From the NCBI GenBank assembly GCA_963836755.1, contig CAWIKF010000002.1:2144001-2208000 (forward strand): a stretch of DNA of 64,000 bases, read 5' to 3'. Below are positions 19,153 to 28,773 of this stretch, one piece after another. The notes beneath the pieces were generated by a model that saw only the letters and a program-made list of their open reading frames with translations, searched no databases and was not told the DNA's origin. Position 1 is the first letter of the stretch. Each line of letters opens with the position of its first letter. The stretch is from an uncultured Verrucomicrobiae bacterium. Lineage in GTDB: Bacteria > Verrucomicrobiota > Verrucomicrobiia > Chthoniobacterales > Chthoniobacteraceae. The position numbers and the translations under genes were made by a program.

Positions 19153-22100
19153 ATGGCCGCCGATTCCTTCGTTCACCTGCATCTGCACACGGAATATTCG
19201 ATGCTGGACGGAGCGAATCGAATTTCCGAAGTGATGCAAAAAGCGAAGGAATTCGGCATGCCCGCGATCGCGATGACCGACCATGGAAACCTTTACGGCG
19301 CGATCGAATTTTACCAAGAGGCGCACGCGGCGGGCATCAAGCCAATCATCGGCTGCGAAGTCTACATGGCGCCGGGTAAACACACCGATAAACAAGCGAA
19401 CAGCGCGCGCGATGCTGCTTTTCACCTCACGCTGCTCGCGGAAAATCAAACCGGCTATCGCAATCTCGTGAAGCTCGTCTCCGCCGCGCATCTCGACGGA
19501 ATGTATTACAAGCCGCGCATCGACAAGGAACTGCTCGCCGCGCACGCGAGCGGGCTCATCGGGCTGAGCGGCTGCTTGAAAGGCGAGATCAACTCCGCGA
19601 TCCAGCAGGACCAGATGCAAAAAGCGAAGGAGCACGTGGCGGCGTATCGGGACATTCTCGGCCGCGAGAGTTTTTTCATGGAACTGCACGATCACGGAAT
19701 CGAGGCGCAACGGAAGTGCAACAGCGTGTTGCCACAGCTTGCGCGGGAATTCGGCATCGGCCTTGTCGCGGCAAATGACGTGCATTTTTTGGATCGCTCA
19801 CGGCACGAGTCACACGACGTGATGATCTGCATCGGCACTGGCGCGAATGTCGCCGACGAGCGACGGATGCGTTACGTGCCGGAACTTTATTTCAAGTCGT
19901 CCGCTGAGATGCGCGAGCTGTTTCGAGATCACGCGGTCGCTTGCGACAACACGCTATTGATAGCGGAACGGTGCAATCTCACGCTCGAGTTCGGCGTGCC
20001 GAAATATCCAAACTACACGCCGCCCGAGGGCACGACGCAAAACGGATTTCTGCGAAAGCTTTGCGCGGATGGCGCGCGAGCGAAATTTGGCGCGAAGGCT
20101 GATGATCAGCTGATTCAGGAGCGATTGGAAACGGAGCTTGGCGTGCTGGAAAAGCAGGGCTTCGTGAATTATTTCCTCATCGTCTGGGACTTCATTCATT
20201 GGGCGAAACAGCAGGGAATTCCTGTCGGGCCGGGTCGCGGCTCGGCCGCCGGATCGATGGTCGCATACGTCATCGGCATCACGGATGTCGATCCGTTGAA
20301 GTATAAACTTTTGTTTGAACGTTTTTTAAATCCAGAGCGTGTCAGCCCGCCGGATATCGACGTCGATTTTTGCCAGAATCGGCGCGGCGAAGTGATTGAA
20401 TATGTCCGGAAAAAGTATGGCGAGCGTGCAGTCGCACAGATCGTCACCTTTGGCTCGCTCGGTGCAAAATCGGTCGTGCGCGATGTCGGGCGCGTGATGG
20501 GTTTGAGCTACGGCGACGCGGATCGGATCGCGAAAATGATTCCAAACGACCTGAACATCACGCTCAACGGCCGCGACGAAAAGGACAAGGAAACCGGCGC
20601 AACGAAGCACGTCGCCGGGGCGATTGACAAGAATCCCGATTTGAAAAAAGCCGTCGAGACCGAGCCGCAAACTGCCGAGCTGTGGAAGCACGCGACCGTG
20701 CTCGAAGGCCTCTCGCGCAACACCGGCGTCCACGCCGCGGGCATCGTCATCAGCGACCGCGACTTGTCGGAATACATCCCTCTCTCGCGCGGAAGCGACG
20801 GCGGAATCGTGAGCCAATATGCTATGGGACCGCTCGGCGATCTCGGGATGTTGAAAATGGATTTCCTCGGCCTCAAAACCTTGACGGTCATCCGCGACGC
20901 CGAGGGATTGATCCGCGCGCGGCAACCGGATTTTGACATCGACAAAATCCCCCTCGACGATCCGCGTGTTTATGAACTGTTAAACAAAGCGGAGGTTATC
21001 GGCTTGTTCCAGCTTGACGGTGGGATGGCCGCCTGGTGCCGACAATTCGACTTCAAAACCATCGACGACATCATCGCGCTCAACGCGCTTTATCGGCCGG
21101 GCCCGATGGAGTTGATCGCAGATTATGTGAAGCGGAAAAAGGGTCAGACGAAGATCAAATATGCGCACCCACTTTTGGCCGAGATCTGCGCGGACACTTA
21201 CGGCCTCATGATTTACCAGGAGCAGGTCATGGCCGCGGCGCGCGTGCTCGCCGGCTACACGCTTGGCGGAGCGGATTTGCTGCGACGCGCGATGGGCAAA
21301 AAGGACAAGGAAAAAATGGCAAAGGAGCGCGCGAAATTCATCGCCGGCTGTGCGGAGCTGAACAAAATCGAAGCGAAAAAAGCGAACGAGATTTTTGATT
21401 TGCTCGAAAAGTTTGCCGGCTACGGATTCAACAAAAGCCACAGCGTTGCCTACGGCTGGATCAGCTATCAGACGGCGTTCATGAAAGCGAATTTTCCCGT
21501 GGAATTCATGGCGGCGGTGCTATCGAATGAAATTTCCAACACGGACAAAATCGCGATTTTCGTCGGAGAGTGCAAACGGATGGGGATTGAAATTTTGCCG
21601 CCGGACGTGAACCGGAGCTCGCTGAAATTCACGCCGGAAGCGGACGGAAAAGCGGCCATTCGCTATGGGCTCGCGGCAATTAAAAACGTGGGAGAAGCCG
21701 CGATGGAAAATGCGATTGAGGAGCGAACTGCAAATGATGAGTTCAGGTCGCTCGACGATTTTTGCTCGCGGCTCGACTCGCGGAAGATCAACAAAAAAGT
21801 TCTCGAATCGCTGGTGAAATGCGGCGCATTTGACTGGACTGGCGAAGATCGCGCGCAGCTTTTTGTCGAGATCGACGCTGCGCTCGCTGCGTCCACATCA
21901 GCGCATCGCGACCGCGCCTCGGGGCAATTTTCGATGTTCGGCGATTTCGCGCAAACGCCCACTGCGCCAAGGCGTCCGGCCATTCCCGCGCCGCGCTGGC
22001 CTGAGGCCGAAAAGCTGGCCTTTGAAAAAGAATTGCTCGGCTTTTACGTCACCGGTCACCCGCTCGATGAATACCGCGATGTGCTCGAAGGGGGAAAATT

Positions 22101-22629
22101 TTGCGCAATGAATGCGCTCGCGGGGCTGGATGACAAGGCGACTGTGCGGGTTGCCGGTGCGCTGACGAGCGTGGACAAAAAGTTCACTAAAAAGGACGGG
22201 AAGCCATTTGCGATCGCCGCGATCGAGGATTTCACGGGGGCTGCGGAAGTGATGATCTGGAACGACGCCTTCGCGAAATGCGCCACGCATCTCGAGCCGG
22301 GGCGCGTGGTCGCGATCACTGCGCGACTCGACAAGCGTGAAGACGCTCCGCGGTTGGTCGCTGCGGAAATCACGCCGCTCAAACCGGCCGCGCCGACGGC
22401 CGATGACGGACCACTGATCGTAACTTTAACGCGCGACGGGACGACGGAAGGTGATTTGCTGAATTTGAAAAGCACGATCGAGCAGTTCCCGGGCTCGCGT
22501 CGGCTGGAGCTGCGCTTCGTCAACGGCAGCGGCCTGAAGCTGCGGATGCAGTTGGGCTCGCAGTTCGGGGTGGATCCGTCGCCGGAGCTGCGGAGCCGGC
22601 TTTCCCCCTGGCTGAAACAAGGCCGCTAG
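19153..22629 (+). CDS. dnaE: DNA polymerase III alpha subunit
   Basis: PHP domain HLHLHTEYSMLDG, GRGSAAGS, PDIDVDF, KMDFLGL, YGFNKSH. No intein seen. Confidence 0.98.
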   Translation: MAADSFVHLHLHTEYSMLDGANRISEVMQKAKEFGMPAIAMTDHGNLYGAIEFYQEAHAAGIKPIIGCEVYMAPGKHTDKQANSARDAAFHLTLLAENQTGYRNLVKLVSAAHLDGMYYKPRIDKELLAAHASGLIGLSGCLKGEINSAIQQDQMQKAKEHVAAYRDILGRESFFMELHDHGIEAQRKCNSVLPQLAREFGIGLVAANDVHFLDRSRHESHDVMICIGTGANVADERRMRYVPELYFKSSAEMRELFRDHAVACDNTLLIAERCNLTLEFGVPKYPNYTPPEGTTQNGFLRKLCADGARAKFGAKADDQLIQERLETELGVLEKQGFVNYFLIVWDFIHWAKQQGIPVGPGRGSAAGSMVAYVIGITDVDPLKYKLLFERFLNPERVSPPDIDVDFCQNRRGEVIEYVRKKYGERAVAQIVTFGSLGAKSVVRDVGRVMGLSYGDADRIAKMIPNDLNITLNGRDEKDKETGATKHVAGAIDKNPDLKKAVETEPQTAELWKHATVLEGLSRNTGVHAAGIVISDRDLSEYIPLSRGSDGGIVSQYAMGPLGDLGMLKMDFLGLKTLTVIRDAEGLIRARQPDFDIDKIPLDDPRVYELLNKAEVIGLFQLDGGMAAWCRQFDFKTIDDIIALNALYRPGPMELIADYVKRKKGQTKIKYAHPLLAEICADTYGLMIYQEQVMAAARVLAGYTLGGADLLRRAMGKKDKEKMAKERAKFIAGCAELNKIEAKKANEIFDLLEKFAGYGFNKSHSVAYGWISYQTAFMKANFPVEFMAAVLSNEISNTDKIAIFVGECKRMGIEILPPDVNRSSLKFTPEADGKAAIRYGLAAIKNVGEAAMENAIEERTANDEFRSLDDFCSRLDSRKINKKVLESLVKCGAFDWTGEDRAQLFVEIDAALAASTSAHRDRASGQFSMFGDFAQTPTAPRRPAIPAPRWPEAEKLAFEKELLGFYVTGHPLDEYRDVLEGGKFCAMNALAGLDDKATVRVAGALTSVDKKFTKKDGKPFAIAAIEDFTGAAEVMIWNDAFAKCATHLEPGRVVAITARLDKREDAPRLVAAEITPLKPAAPTADDGPLIVTLTRDGTTEGDLLNLKSTIEQFPGSRRLELRFVNGSGLKLRMQLGSQFGVDPSPELRSRLSPWLKQGR

Positions 22630-22645
22630 CTCTCGGATTTCGCAC

Positions 22646-22681
22646 AAAAAAAAGCGCCGGAGTCGGTGAAGACTCCGGCGC
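22646..22681 (-). terminator. Intrinsic terminator for the 22704-23303 gene (may also act on dnaE)
   Basis: A8 tract next to an 11-bp stem GCGCCGGAGTC/GACTCCGGCGC. Confidence 0.85.
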
Positions 22682-22703
22682 CATGACTGATTGTTCGCTT
22701 TGT

Positions 22704-23303
22704 TTAGAACACCCAGCGGATGCCCGCGCGGGTCATGAAGTTATTCTGGGTGTCATGGTCATGACGGTCGCCAAAATAATTCCAGCGTTCATCGGCAAAG
22801 ATGCCGAGCTTGTTCGGGATGATGCGGTATTCGAGGCCGGCACCAACGTGCGCCAACGCCCAATTTTCGCCGTCCATCGAAGCGCCGCCGCCGACGTAGA
22901 GGTAAGGCGCGAGGCACAGTTTGTCGATCGGGTAGCGGAAGATCACGCTGCCGGTCGCGTTGTGGAAAGCTTTGCTTTCCGACCCGTGGCCCGCAGACGC
23001 GTTTGGTTTCGCTTCGAGCCAGTAGCCCTCCGCACCGAGACCGAAGTAACGGTGGAAGAAATAGTTGACTCCGATGCCGCCGCCCCAGCCGTGATCACGG
23101 ATGGAACCTGCGTGGTTTGGGCCTTCGCCAACGACATAAGCGCCGAAGACGTCCGCCTGGATTTCTGTGTCCGAGAAGCATGAGGGCTGCTCGACGTTTT
23201 TATATTCTTTGTAGCTCTTCCCTGCTGAATACGTTGCCGTTCCAGCGAAGCCTGTCGCTGCGAGGGCAGCACAAGCAAGGAATCCGAATATTGCTTTTTT
23301 CAT
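22704..23303 (-). CDS. Small outer-membrane beta-barrel protein
   Basis: Signal peptide, alternating Gly/aromatic beta-strands, C-terminal IRWVF. Confidence 0.85.
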   Translation of the reverse strand: MKKAIFGFLACAALAATGFAGTATYSAGKSYKEYKNVEQPSCFSDTEIQADVFGAYVVGEGPNHAGSIRDHGWGGGIGVNYFFHRYFGLGAEGYWLEAKPNASAGHGSESKAFHNATGSVIFRYPIDKLCLAPYLYVGGGASMDGENWALAHVGAGLEYRIIPNKLGIFADERWNYFGDRHDHDTQNNFMTRAGIRWVF

Positions 23304-23454
23304 TTAGTTTACTCCTTTGGTTTGTTTGTTTTTTGCGGCCCTTTTGAAAGCCGCGCAACGATTGGTAGGAGGGATGATTAAGCATGTAAAGGAAAATTTC
23401 TGCACTTTTCGCAGCTCAGGAAATGGCTGATACGGCACTTTTCGCGAATAAATA

Positions 23455-23483
23455 TTGACGCGTCGACACCGCTCTCCTACTAT
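23455..23483 (+). promoter_or_regulatory. Sigma70-type promoter for the riboswitch/thrC-like operon
   Basis: TTGACG-N17-TACTAT, about 10 nt before the aptamer. Confidence 0.8.
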
Positions 23484-23492
23484 CCCGGCACT

Positions 23493-23623
23493 TCTTATCG
23501 AGAGTGACTGAGGGACTGGCCCAATGAAGTCACGGCAACCGCTCGCGAGCAATCGCGAGGACCAGGTGCCAAATCCAGCTCGGTGATCGTTTTGAAAAAA
23601 ACGGACGCCGGGAAAAGATGAGA
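23493..23623 (+). ncRNA. SAM-I (S-box) riboswitch
   Basis: P1 TCTTATC/GATGAGA. Contains GAGAG-TGAC-TGAGGGACTGGCCCAATGAA-GTCA-CGGCAACC and GGTGCCAAATCC. A hairpin with a T-tract follows at about 23622-23653. Confidence 0.93.
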
Positions 23624-23684
23624 GGAGTTTGCGTCGTTTCGCACCCTTCTTTTGTCCGCGGCACTCTCGGCCGGGAGCTGACTT

Positions 23685-24950
23685 ATGGACAAAATTTCGA
23701 ACCCTTGCTTCACGCACCTGAAGTGCCGCGAATGCGCCCGCGCCTATCCGAAGGAAGCCGTGCACGTCTGCGACTTCGACTTCGGCCCGCTCGAAGCCGC
23801 TTATGATTACGACGCGATCCGGCCCCTCCTCACACGCGCCGCCATCGAATCCCGTCCGCAATCCATGTGGCGCTACCGCGAGCTCCTGCCCATCGATGGC
23901 GAGCCGACCGTCGGCGTCAAAGTTGGCTTCACACCATTAATAAAAGCCGATCGCCTCGCAAAGGCCCTCGGCGTCCGCGAGCTCTACGTTAAAAACGACA
24001 CCGTCAACTACCCCACCCTCTCCTTCAAGGACCGCGTCGTCAGCGTCGCCCTCAGCCGCGCCCGCGAGATGGGCTTCAAAGTCGTCGCCTGCGCCTCCAC
24101 CGGCAACCTCGCAAACTCCGTCGCCGCCAACGCCGCCAGCGCCGGCCTCACCAGCTACGTCCTCATCCCCGCCGACCTCGAGCAGGGCAAAGTCCTCGGC
24201 TCCCTCGTCTACGGCACAAACGTCATCGGCATCCACGGCCCCTACGACCAGGTCAACCGCCTTTGCTCCGAGATCGCCGGCAAATACGGATGGGGCTTCG
24301 TCAACGTCAACCTCCGCCCCTACTACGCCGAAGGCTCGAAATCCATGGGCTTCGAGATCGCCGAGCAACTTGGCTGGCGTCTCCCGCAGCACACCGTCGT
24401 CCCCATGGCCAGCGGTTCGCTTTTGACAAAAATCTGCAAAGCCTACAGCGAATTCGTCACCCTCGGCCTCGTCGAAAAAACCGCCACCGCCATGCATGGC
24501 GCGCAGGCCACCGGCTGCTCGCCCATCGCCACCGCATTTAAAAAAGAGACCGATATCGTCAAGCCCGTCCCGAAGCCCGACACCATCGTCAAATCCCTCG
24601 CCATCGGCACGCCCGCCGACGGCTACTACGCCATCCACGCCATGCGCGAGACCGGCGGCAGCGCCGAGGATTGCACCGACGAGGAAGTCGTCGCCGGCAT
24701 CCGCCTCCTCGCCGAGACCGAAGGCATCTTCGCCGAAACCGCTGGCGGCGTCACCACCGCCTGCGCCCGCAAACTTATCGACACCGGAAAAATCCCGCGC
24801 GACGAAAGCATCGTCCTCTGCATCACCGGCCACGGCCTCAAAACCCAGGAAGCCATCATCGGCAAATGCGGCGAACCGCGCCTCATCAAACCGAGCCTCC
24901 GCGAATTCGACGCCCTCATCGGCGGCGAACTCGAAGCCGTCCAATCATAA
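23685..24950 (+). CDS. Threonine synthase-like PLP enzyme, possibly an O-phosphohomoserine sulfhydrylase
   Basis: PTLSFKDR (PLP Lys), ASTGN, ITGHGLK, N-terminal CxxC. Under SAM-riboswitch control and followed by a sulfur carrier gene. Confidence 0.88.
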   Translation: MDKISNPCFTHLKCRECARAYPKEAVHVCDFDFGPLEAAYDYDAIRPLLTRAAIESRPQSMWRYRELLPIDGEPTVGVKVGFTPLIKADRLAKALGVRELYVKNDTVNYPTLSFKDRVVSVALSRAREMGFKVVACASTGNLANSVAANAASAGLTSYVLIPADLEQGKVLGSLVYGTNVIGIHGPYDQVNRLCSEIAGKYGWGFVNVNLRPYYAEGSKSMGFEIAEQLGWRLPQHTVVPMASGSLLTKICKAYSEFVTLGLVEKTATAMHGAQATGCSPIATAFKKETDIVKPVPKPDTIVKSLAIGTPADGYYAIHAMRETGGSAEDCTDEEVVAGIRLLAETEGIFAETAGGVTTACARKLIDTGKIPRDESIVLCITGHGLKTQEAIIGKCGEPRLIKPSLREFDALIGGELEAVQS

Positions 24951-24963
24951 ACCAAAAACAAAC

Positions 24964-25236
24964 ATGCCAAACATCCGCATCCCAACTCCGCTCCGCAAAC
25001 TCACCGGCGAAAAGGAAGTCGTTCCAGCCACCGGCACTAACATTGAGGAAATCCTCGCGAATCTCGACGAATCGTATCCCGGTTTGAAGGAACGCATCTG
25101 CGACGAAGCGGGCAACATCCGCCGCTTCGTCAACATTTTCCTCAACGACGAAGACATCCGCTTCCTCGACGAAAAAGCGACCGCGGTCAAAGAGACCGAC
25201 GAGATCAGCATCGTCCCCGCCATCGCCGGCGGCTAG
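24964..25236 (+). CDS. MoaD/ThiS/CysO-family ubiquitin-like sulfur carrier
   Basis: MPNIRIPTPLRKLT...RFVNIFLNDEDIRF...IVPAIAGG, ending in Gly-Gly. Confidence 0.93.
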   Translation: MPNIRIPTPLRKLTGEKEVVPATGTNIEEILANLDESYPGLKERICDEAGNIRRFVNIFLNDEDIRFLDEKATAVKETDEISIVPAIAGG

Positions 25237-25325
25237 GCTGCGCGCTCAAAGCGCAAAGGCGTCAAAACTTTTCTCGCGTCTCAAATCCGGGGTGCGGGGG
25301 CGCGCTTGACCGACGCCTCGCAGCT

Positions 25326-25660
25326 CCGATTTTCGCGGAAATTTCTCGGCGATTCATCCGGTCCTGACGCAAGCGGCGAAACTGGCGTTTTTCGCACATA
25401 ACTTCCTCGTCGGCGCGATCATCGTGCTCCTCGTCTTTTTGTTCGCCTGGAAGTCGTCCCGCTGTTGAGTGTGAACCAGGTCATCGGCATCGTGGGAATG
25501 CCTCTTCTCGGCGCCGATGTTTTATGCGGGCAATCAACTCCGCGTCGCGGCGGGGCCAGTGGTCGCGTTTCTCGATACGCTGGCGGCGTTGGCGATATTG
25601 TTCATCTTCCGCGCGGGCCGGCGCAGAATCCGGGTGCGACGGGACCGCGAAAATTCTGAC
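25326..25660 (+). pseudogene. Possible frameshifted remnant of a small membrane-protein gene
   Basis: Hydrophobic peptides in successive frames: AFFAHNFLVGAIIVLLVFLFAWK*, VNQVIGIVGMPLLG, VVAFLDTLAALAILFIFR. Confidence 0.3.
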
Positions 25661-25800
25661 GGCAAATTTCGGGAGCGGGGAAATTTTCCGCGCTGTCTGG
25701 TTTCCCGGGAGCGCTGATGAAGTGGGGCGCGCGGGACTTTTCGCGCGGGAGCAATGTCCGCTATTCTTTTTTTTCCAGATTCGGATAAAGGTGTGCGCTC

Positions 25801-27618
25801 ATGGATTTGCTCGATGAAATGCAGACGCGGATCGTGCCGGGCGACGGCGCGATGGGGACGGTGCTGATTGAGGAAAATGTGCCGCTGGAGCGCTGTTTCG
25901 AGGAGCTGTGCGTGAGCCGGCCGGAGCTGATCTGCGGGATTCACGAGCGCTACATCGCGGCGGGCGCGCGGGTGATCGAGACAAACACTTTCGGCGCAAA
26001 TGCGGTGCGGCTGGAGAAGTATGGATTCGAAAAGCGCGTCAATGAAATCAACTGGTCGGCCGCGCAGCTCGCGAAGCAGACGGCGCGCGGGAAAGATGTT
26101 TATATTGCCGGCAGCGTCGGGCCGCTCGGCATCACGGCGGATCAGGCGCGCGAACGCGGGATCGACCGCGAGGCGGTGTTCCGCGAGCAGATTGGTGCGC
26201 TGCTCGATGGCGGGGTGCAGCTGATTTTTCTCGAGACCTTCAGCGACCTGGAGGAAATCGCGCTCGCGCTGCATGTAAAACAATCGCTGCATCATTGTCC
26301 GGCGATTTGCTCGATGGCGTGCAACGAGGAAGGGCGGTTGCCGTCGGGAGTTTTGCTCGCGGAGGCGTTCGAGAAATTGAAGGCGCTGGATGCGGACGTG
26401 GTCGGCGCGAATTGCCTGAACGGGCCGCAGGCGATGCTGCGTCTTTTCGAAAAAATTCCGCTCGATGGCTCACTGCTCTCCGCTTTCCCCAATGCCGGAT
26501 ATCCGAAATATCACGACGGGCGGTATCTCTATTACACGACGCCGGAATATTTCGCGCAATCGGCGCGCGGGCTCGCGGATCAAGGGGCAAGGCTGATCGG
26601 CGGCTGTTGCGGGATCGGTCCGGAGCACATCGCGATGATGGTGGAGGCGTTGCGCGATCTGCGTCCGATCACCGCGAAAATCGTGCGCGTTACCGAGCCG
26701 GCGCCAAAGCCGGTGGCGACGCCGAGGAAAGCGGAAACGAGCATTCTCGACCTGCTCGCGCAGAAAAAAACGGTGATTGTGACCGAGCTCGATCCACCGA
26801 AAACGCTCGACCTTGAAAAATATTTCGCAGGCGCAAAGGCGCTGACGGAGGCGGGGTCGGATGCGATCACGCTCGCCGATAATTCGCTCGCGATTTTGCG
26901 CGTGAGCAACCTCGCCATCGGCGCAATGTTGAAGCAGCAAAGCATTACTCCCCTGCTCCACCTGAGCTGCCGCGATCGAAATTTGCTCGGCCTGCAAAGT
27001 GAGCTGATGGGGACGGCGGCGCTCGGCATTCGCCACGTCCTGCCGCTGACTGGCGACCCGGCAAAAGTCGGCGATCATCCCGGCGCGGCGTCGGTGTATG
27101 ACGTGAGCTCGATCGAGTTGATCAAGATCACGGCGCGCCTGAACGAGGGGTTCAACTACATCGGCAACTCGATCAAGATTCCGACTCAGTTCGTCATCGG
27201 CTGCACTTTTAACCCGAATGCGAAAAACATGGACGCGCAAGTTTCGCGGCTCGAGCGGAAGATTGCGGCGGGCGCGCAATACGTGATGACGCAACCGGTG
27301 TTTGACGCCGCGCTCGCCATTGAAATGCACAGGCGCACGCAGCATCTTGATGTGCCGATTTTCACCGGAGTCTGGCCGCTGTTAAACGGACGGCAAGCAG
27401 AGTTTTTACACAATGAAGTGCCCGGGATTGTAATTCCCGAACCCATTCGCGCGCGGATGTCCGGCCGCGAAGGGGCGGACGGGCGCAAGGAAGGCGTGGA
27501 GATTGCGAAGGAAGTTTGCCGCGCGGTGCTCGATTGTTTTCCCGGTGTCTATTTGATCACGCCGTTTTTAAATTTTGAAACGACCGCGGAACTCGCCCAC
27601 TTTGTCCGCAGTAGATAA
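25801..27618 (+). CDS. Bifunctional homocysteine S-methyltransferase / methylenetetrahydrofolate reductase (YitJ-like)
   Basis: DGAMGT, GANC and IGGCCG (methyltransferase), then ELDPPK, HLSCRDRN, TGDP and MTQPVFD (MTHFR). Confidence 0.94.
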   Translation: MDLLDEMQTRIVPGDGAMGTVLIEENVPLERCFEELCVSRPELICGIHERYIAAGARVIETNTFGANAVRLEKYGFEKRVNEINWSAAQLAKQTARGKDVYIAGSVGPLGITADQARERGIDREAVFREQIGALLDGGVQLIFLETFSDLEEIALALHVKQSLHHCPAICSMACNEEGRLPSGVLLAEAFEKLKALDADVVGANCLNGPQAMLRLFEKIPLDGSLLSAFPNAGYPKYHDGRYLYYTTPEYFAQSARGLADQGARLIGGCCGIGPEHIAMMVEALRDLRPITAKIVRVTEPAPKPVATPRKAETSILDLLAQKKTVIVTELDPPKTLDLEKYFAGAKALTEAGSDAITLADNSLAILRVSNLAIGAMLKQQSITPLLHLSCRDRNLLGLQSELMGTAALGIRHVLPLTGDPAKVGDHPGAASVYDVSSIELIKITARLNEGFNYIGNSIKIPTQFVIGCTFNPNAKNMDAQVSRLERKIAAGAQYVMTQPVFDAALAIEMHRRTQHLDVPIFTGVWPLLNGRQAEFLHNEVPGIVIPEPIRARMSGREGADGRKEGVEIAKEVCRAVLDCFPGVYLITPFLNFETTAELAHFVRSR

Positions 27619-28380
27619 ATGTCAAAAGTTTCCCGCGCCCTCGCCATCCAGATTTGCGGCCTGATTTTCACCGCGCTCGTCCTCGCATTCCTCGCGCATC
27701 ACTACGATCTCGTGCATGTGATCGAGCGGATGCAGCGGAGGATCGGGCAGATGGAATGGTGGGGCGCCGTGCTTTATCCGCTGCTGCTGGCCGTCTGCAA
27801 TTTGTTGCTGTTGCCGGGCGGTGTGCTCGCGATCGGCAGCGGACTTTTCTTCGGGCTATGGTGGGGATTTTTCCTCGTGCTGGTCGGGAACGTGGCAGGC
27901 GCCGCGGCTGCGTTTTGGATCAGCCGCGCATTGGGCCGTCAATGGGTGGAGCGAAAAATTTTCCGCCATCGCAAGTGGATGCTGCTAGACGCGGCGATTG
28001 CGCGCGAGGGGTGGAAGATCATTTTCCTGAGCCAGGTGCATCCGCTTTTCCCGACGAGCTTCATCAATTATTTCTACGGCGTGACGCGCATTCGCTTTTC
28101 GACGTGCATGCTTTGGGTCGCGCTCGGGCAGTTGCCGGGGCTGTTTCTCTACGCGTATCTCGGGACGCTCGCGCAGCTTGGGATCAAACTTTTCCGACAC
28201 CAGACGCATCCGCACATGCACGAATATGTGATCTGGATCTCAGGCTTGCTGCTGACGCTCGTGGTCACGACGGCGCTGGGCCGAATCGCGCTGCGGCTTT
28301 TGGCGGAAATCGAAGCGAAGGTTGAGACTGCGCCGCGGCGAAAGCCGGAGACGCGGCAGCTGGAGAGGGCGAGCTTTTAG
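27619..28380 (+). CDS. TVP38/TMEM64 (DedA/VTT) membrane protein
   Basis: LLLPGGVLAIGSGLFFG...AFWISR, HPLFPTSFINY. Confidence 0.88.
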   Translation: MSKVSRALAIQICGLIFTALVLAFLAHHYDLVHVIERMQRRIGQMEWWGAVLYPLLLAVCNLLLLPGGVLAIGSGLFFGLWWGFFLVLVGNVAGAAAAFWISRALGRQWVERKIFRHRKWMLLDAAIAREGWKIIFLSQVHPLFPTSFINYFYGVTRIRFSTCMLWVALGQLPGLFLYAYLGTLAQLGIKLFRHQTHPHMHEYVIWISGLLLTLVVTTALGRIALRLLAEIEAKVETAPRRKPETRQLERASF

Positions 28381-28391
28381 CCCGCGCGGAA

Positions 28392-28655
28392 TCAGGCGAT
28401 CGCGCTGAGCTGCTTGTTGAGCTTGCTCTTGTGGCGGTTGGCCTTGTTGCGATGGATGCGGCCAGTCTTGACGGCGCGGTCGAGCGCGGAGCTCAGTTTT
28501 TGGATTGCGGCTTTCGCCTCGTCCTTTTTCTTTGCGGCAAATTCGGCGCGGGTGGATTTCAAGGTCGACTTGATCGCGGTGAGAGCGCGCTTGTTTTGCA
28601 GTGTGCGGCCGACAGTTTGACGGGCACGTTTGGCGGCGGATTTGGTGTTGGCCAT
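28392..28655 (-). CDS. rpsT: 30S ribosomal protein S20
   Basis: MANTKSAAKRARQ...IHRNKANRHKSKL. Confidence 0.97.
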   Translation of the reverse strand: MANTKSAAKRARQTVGRTLQNKRALTAIKSTLKSTRAEFAAKKKDEAKAAIQKLSSALDRAVKTGRIHRNKANRHKSKLNKQLSAIA

Positions 28656-28675
28656 AAATGGTTTTGAGGGCGTGA

Positions 28676-28703
28676 AAAATAACCGCCGCGCCCCGGATGT
28701 CAA
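28676..28703 (-). promoter_or_regulatory. Probable rpsT promoter
   Basis: Minus strand TTGACA-N16-TATTTT. Confidence 0.55.
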
Positions 28704-28773
28704 TGCCGCAAAACTGCCGCTCATTTCGCTTGGCAATCGCGCGGGCGGTTCATACTTTCCCTGCCTCCCACGC

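Noticed and set aside
19153..22629. Intein or split in dnaE
   Set aside because: Normal length and continuous motifs. Only a short ~15-aa loop insertion (GRDEKDKETGATKHVAG) is present.
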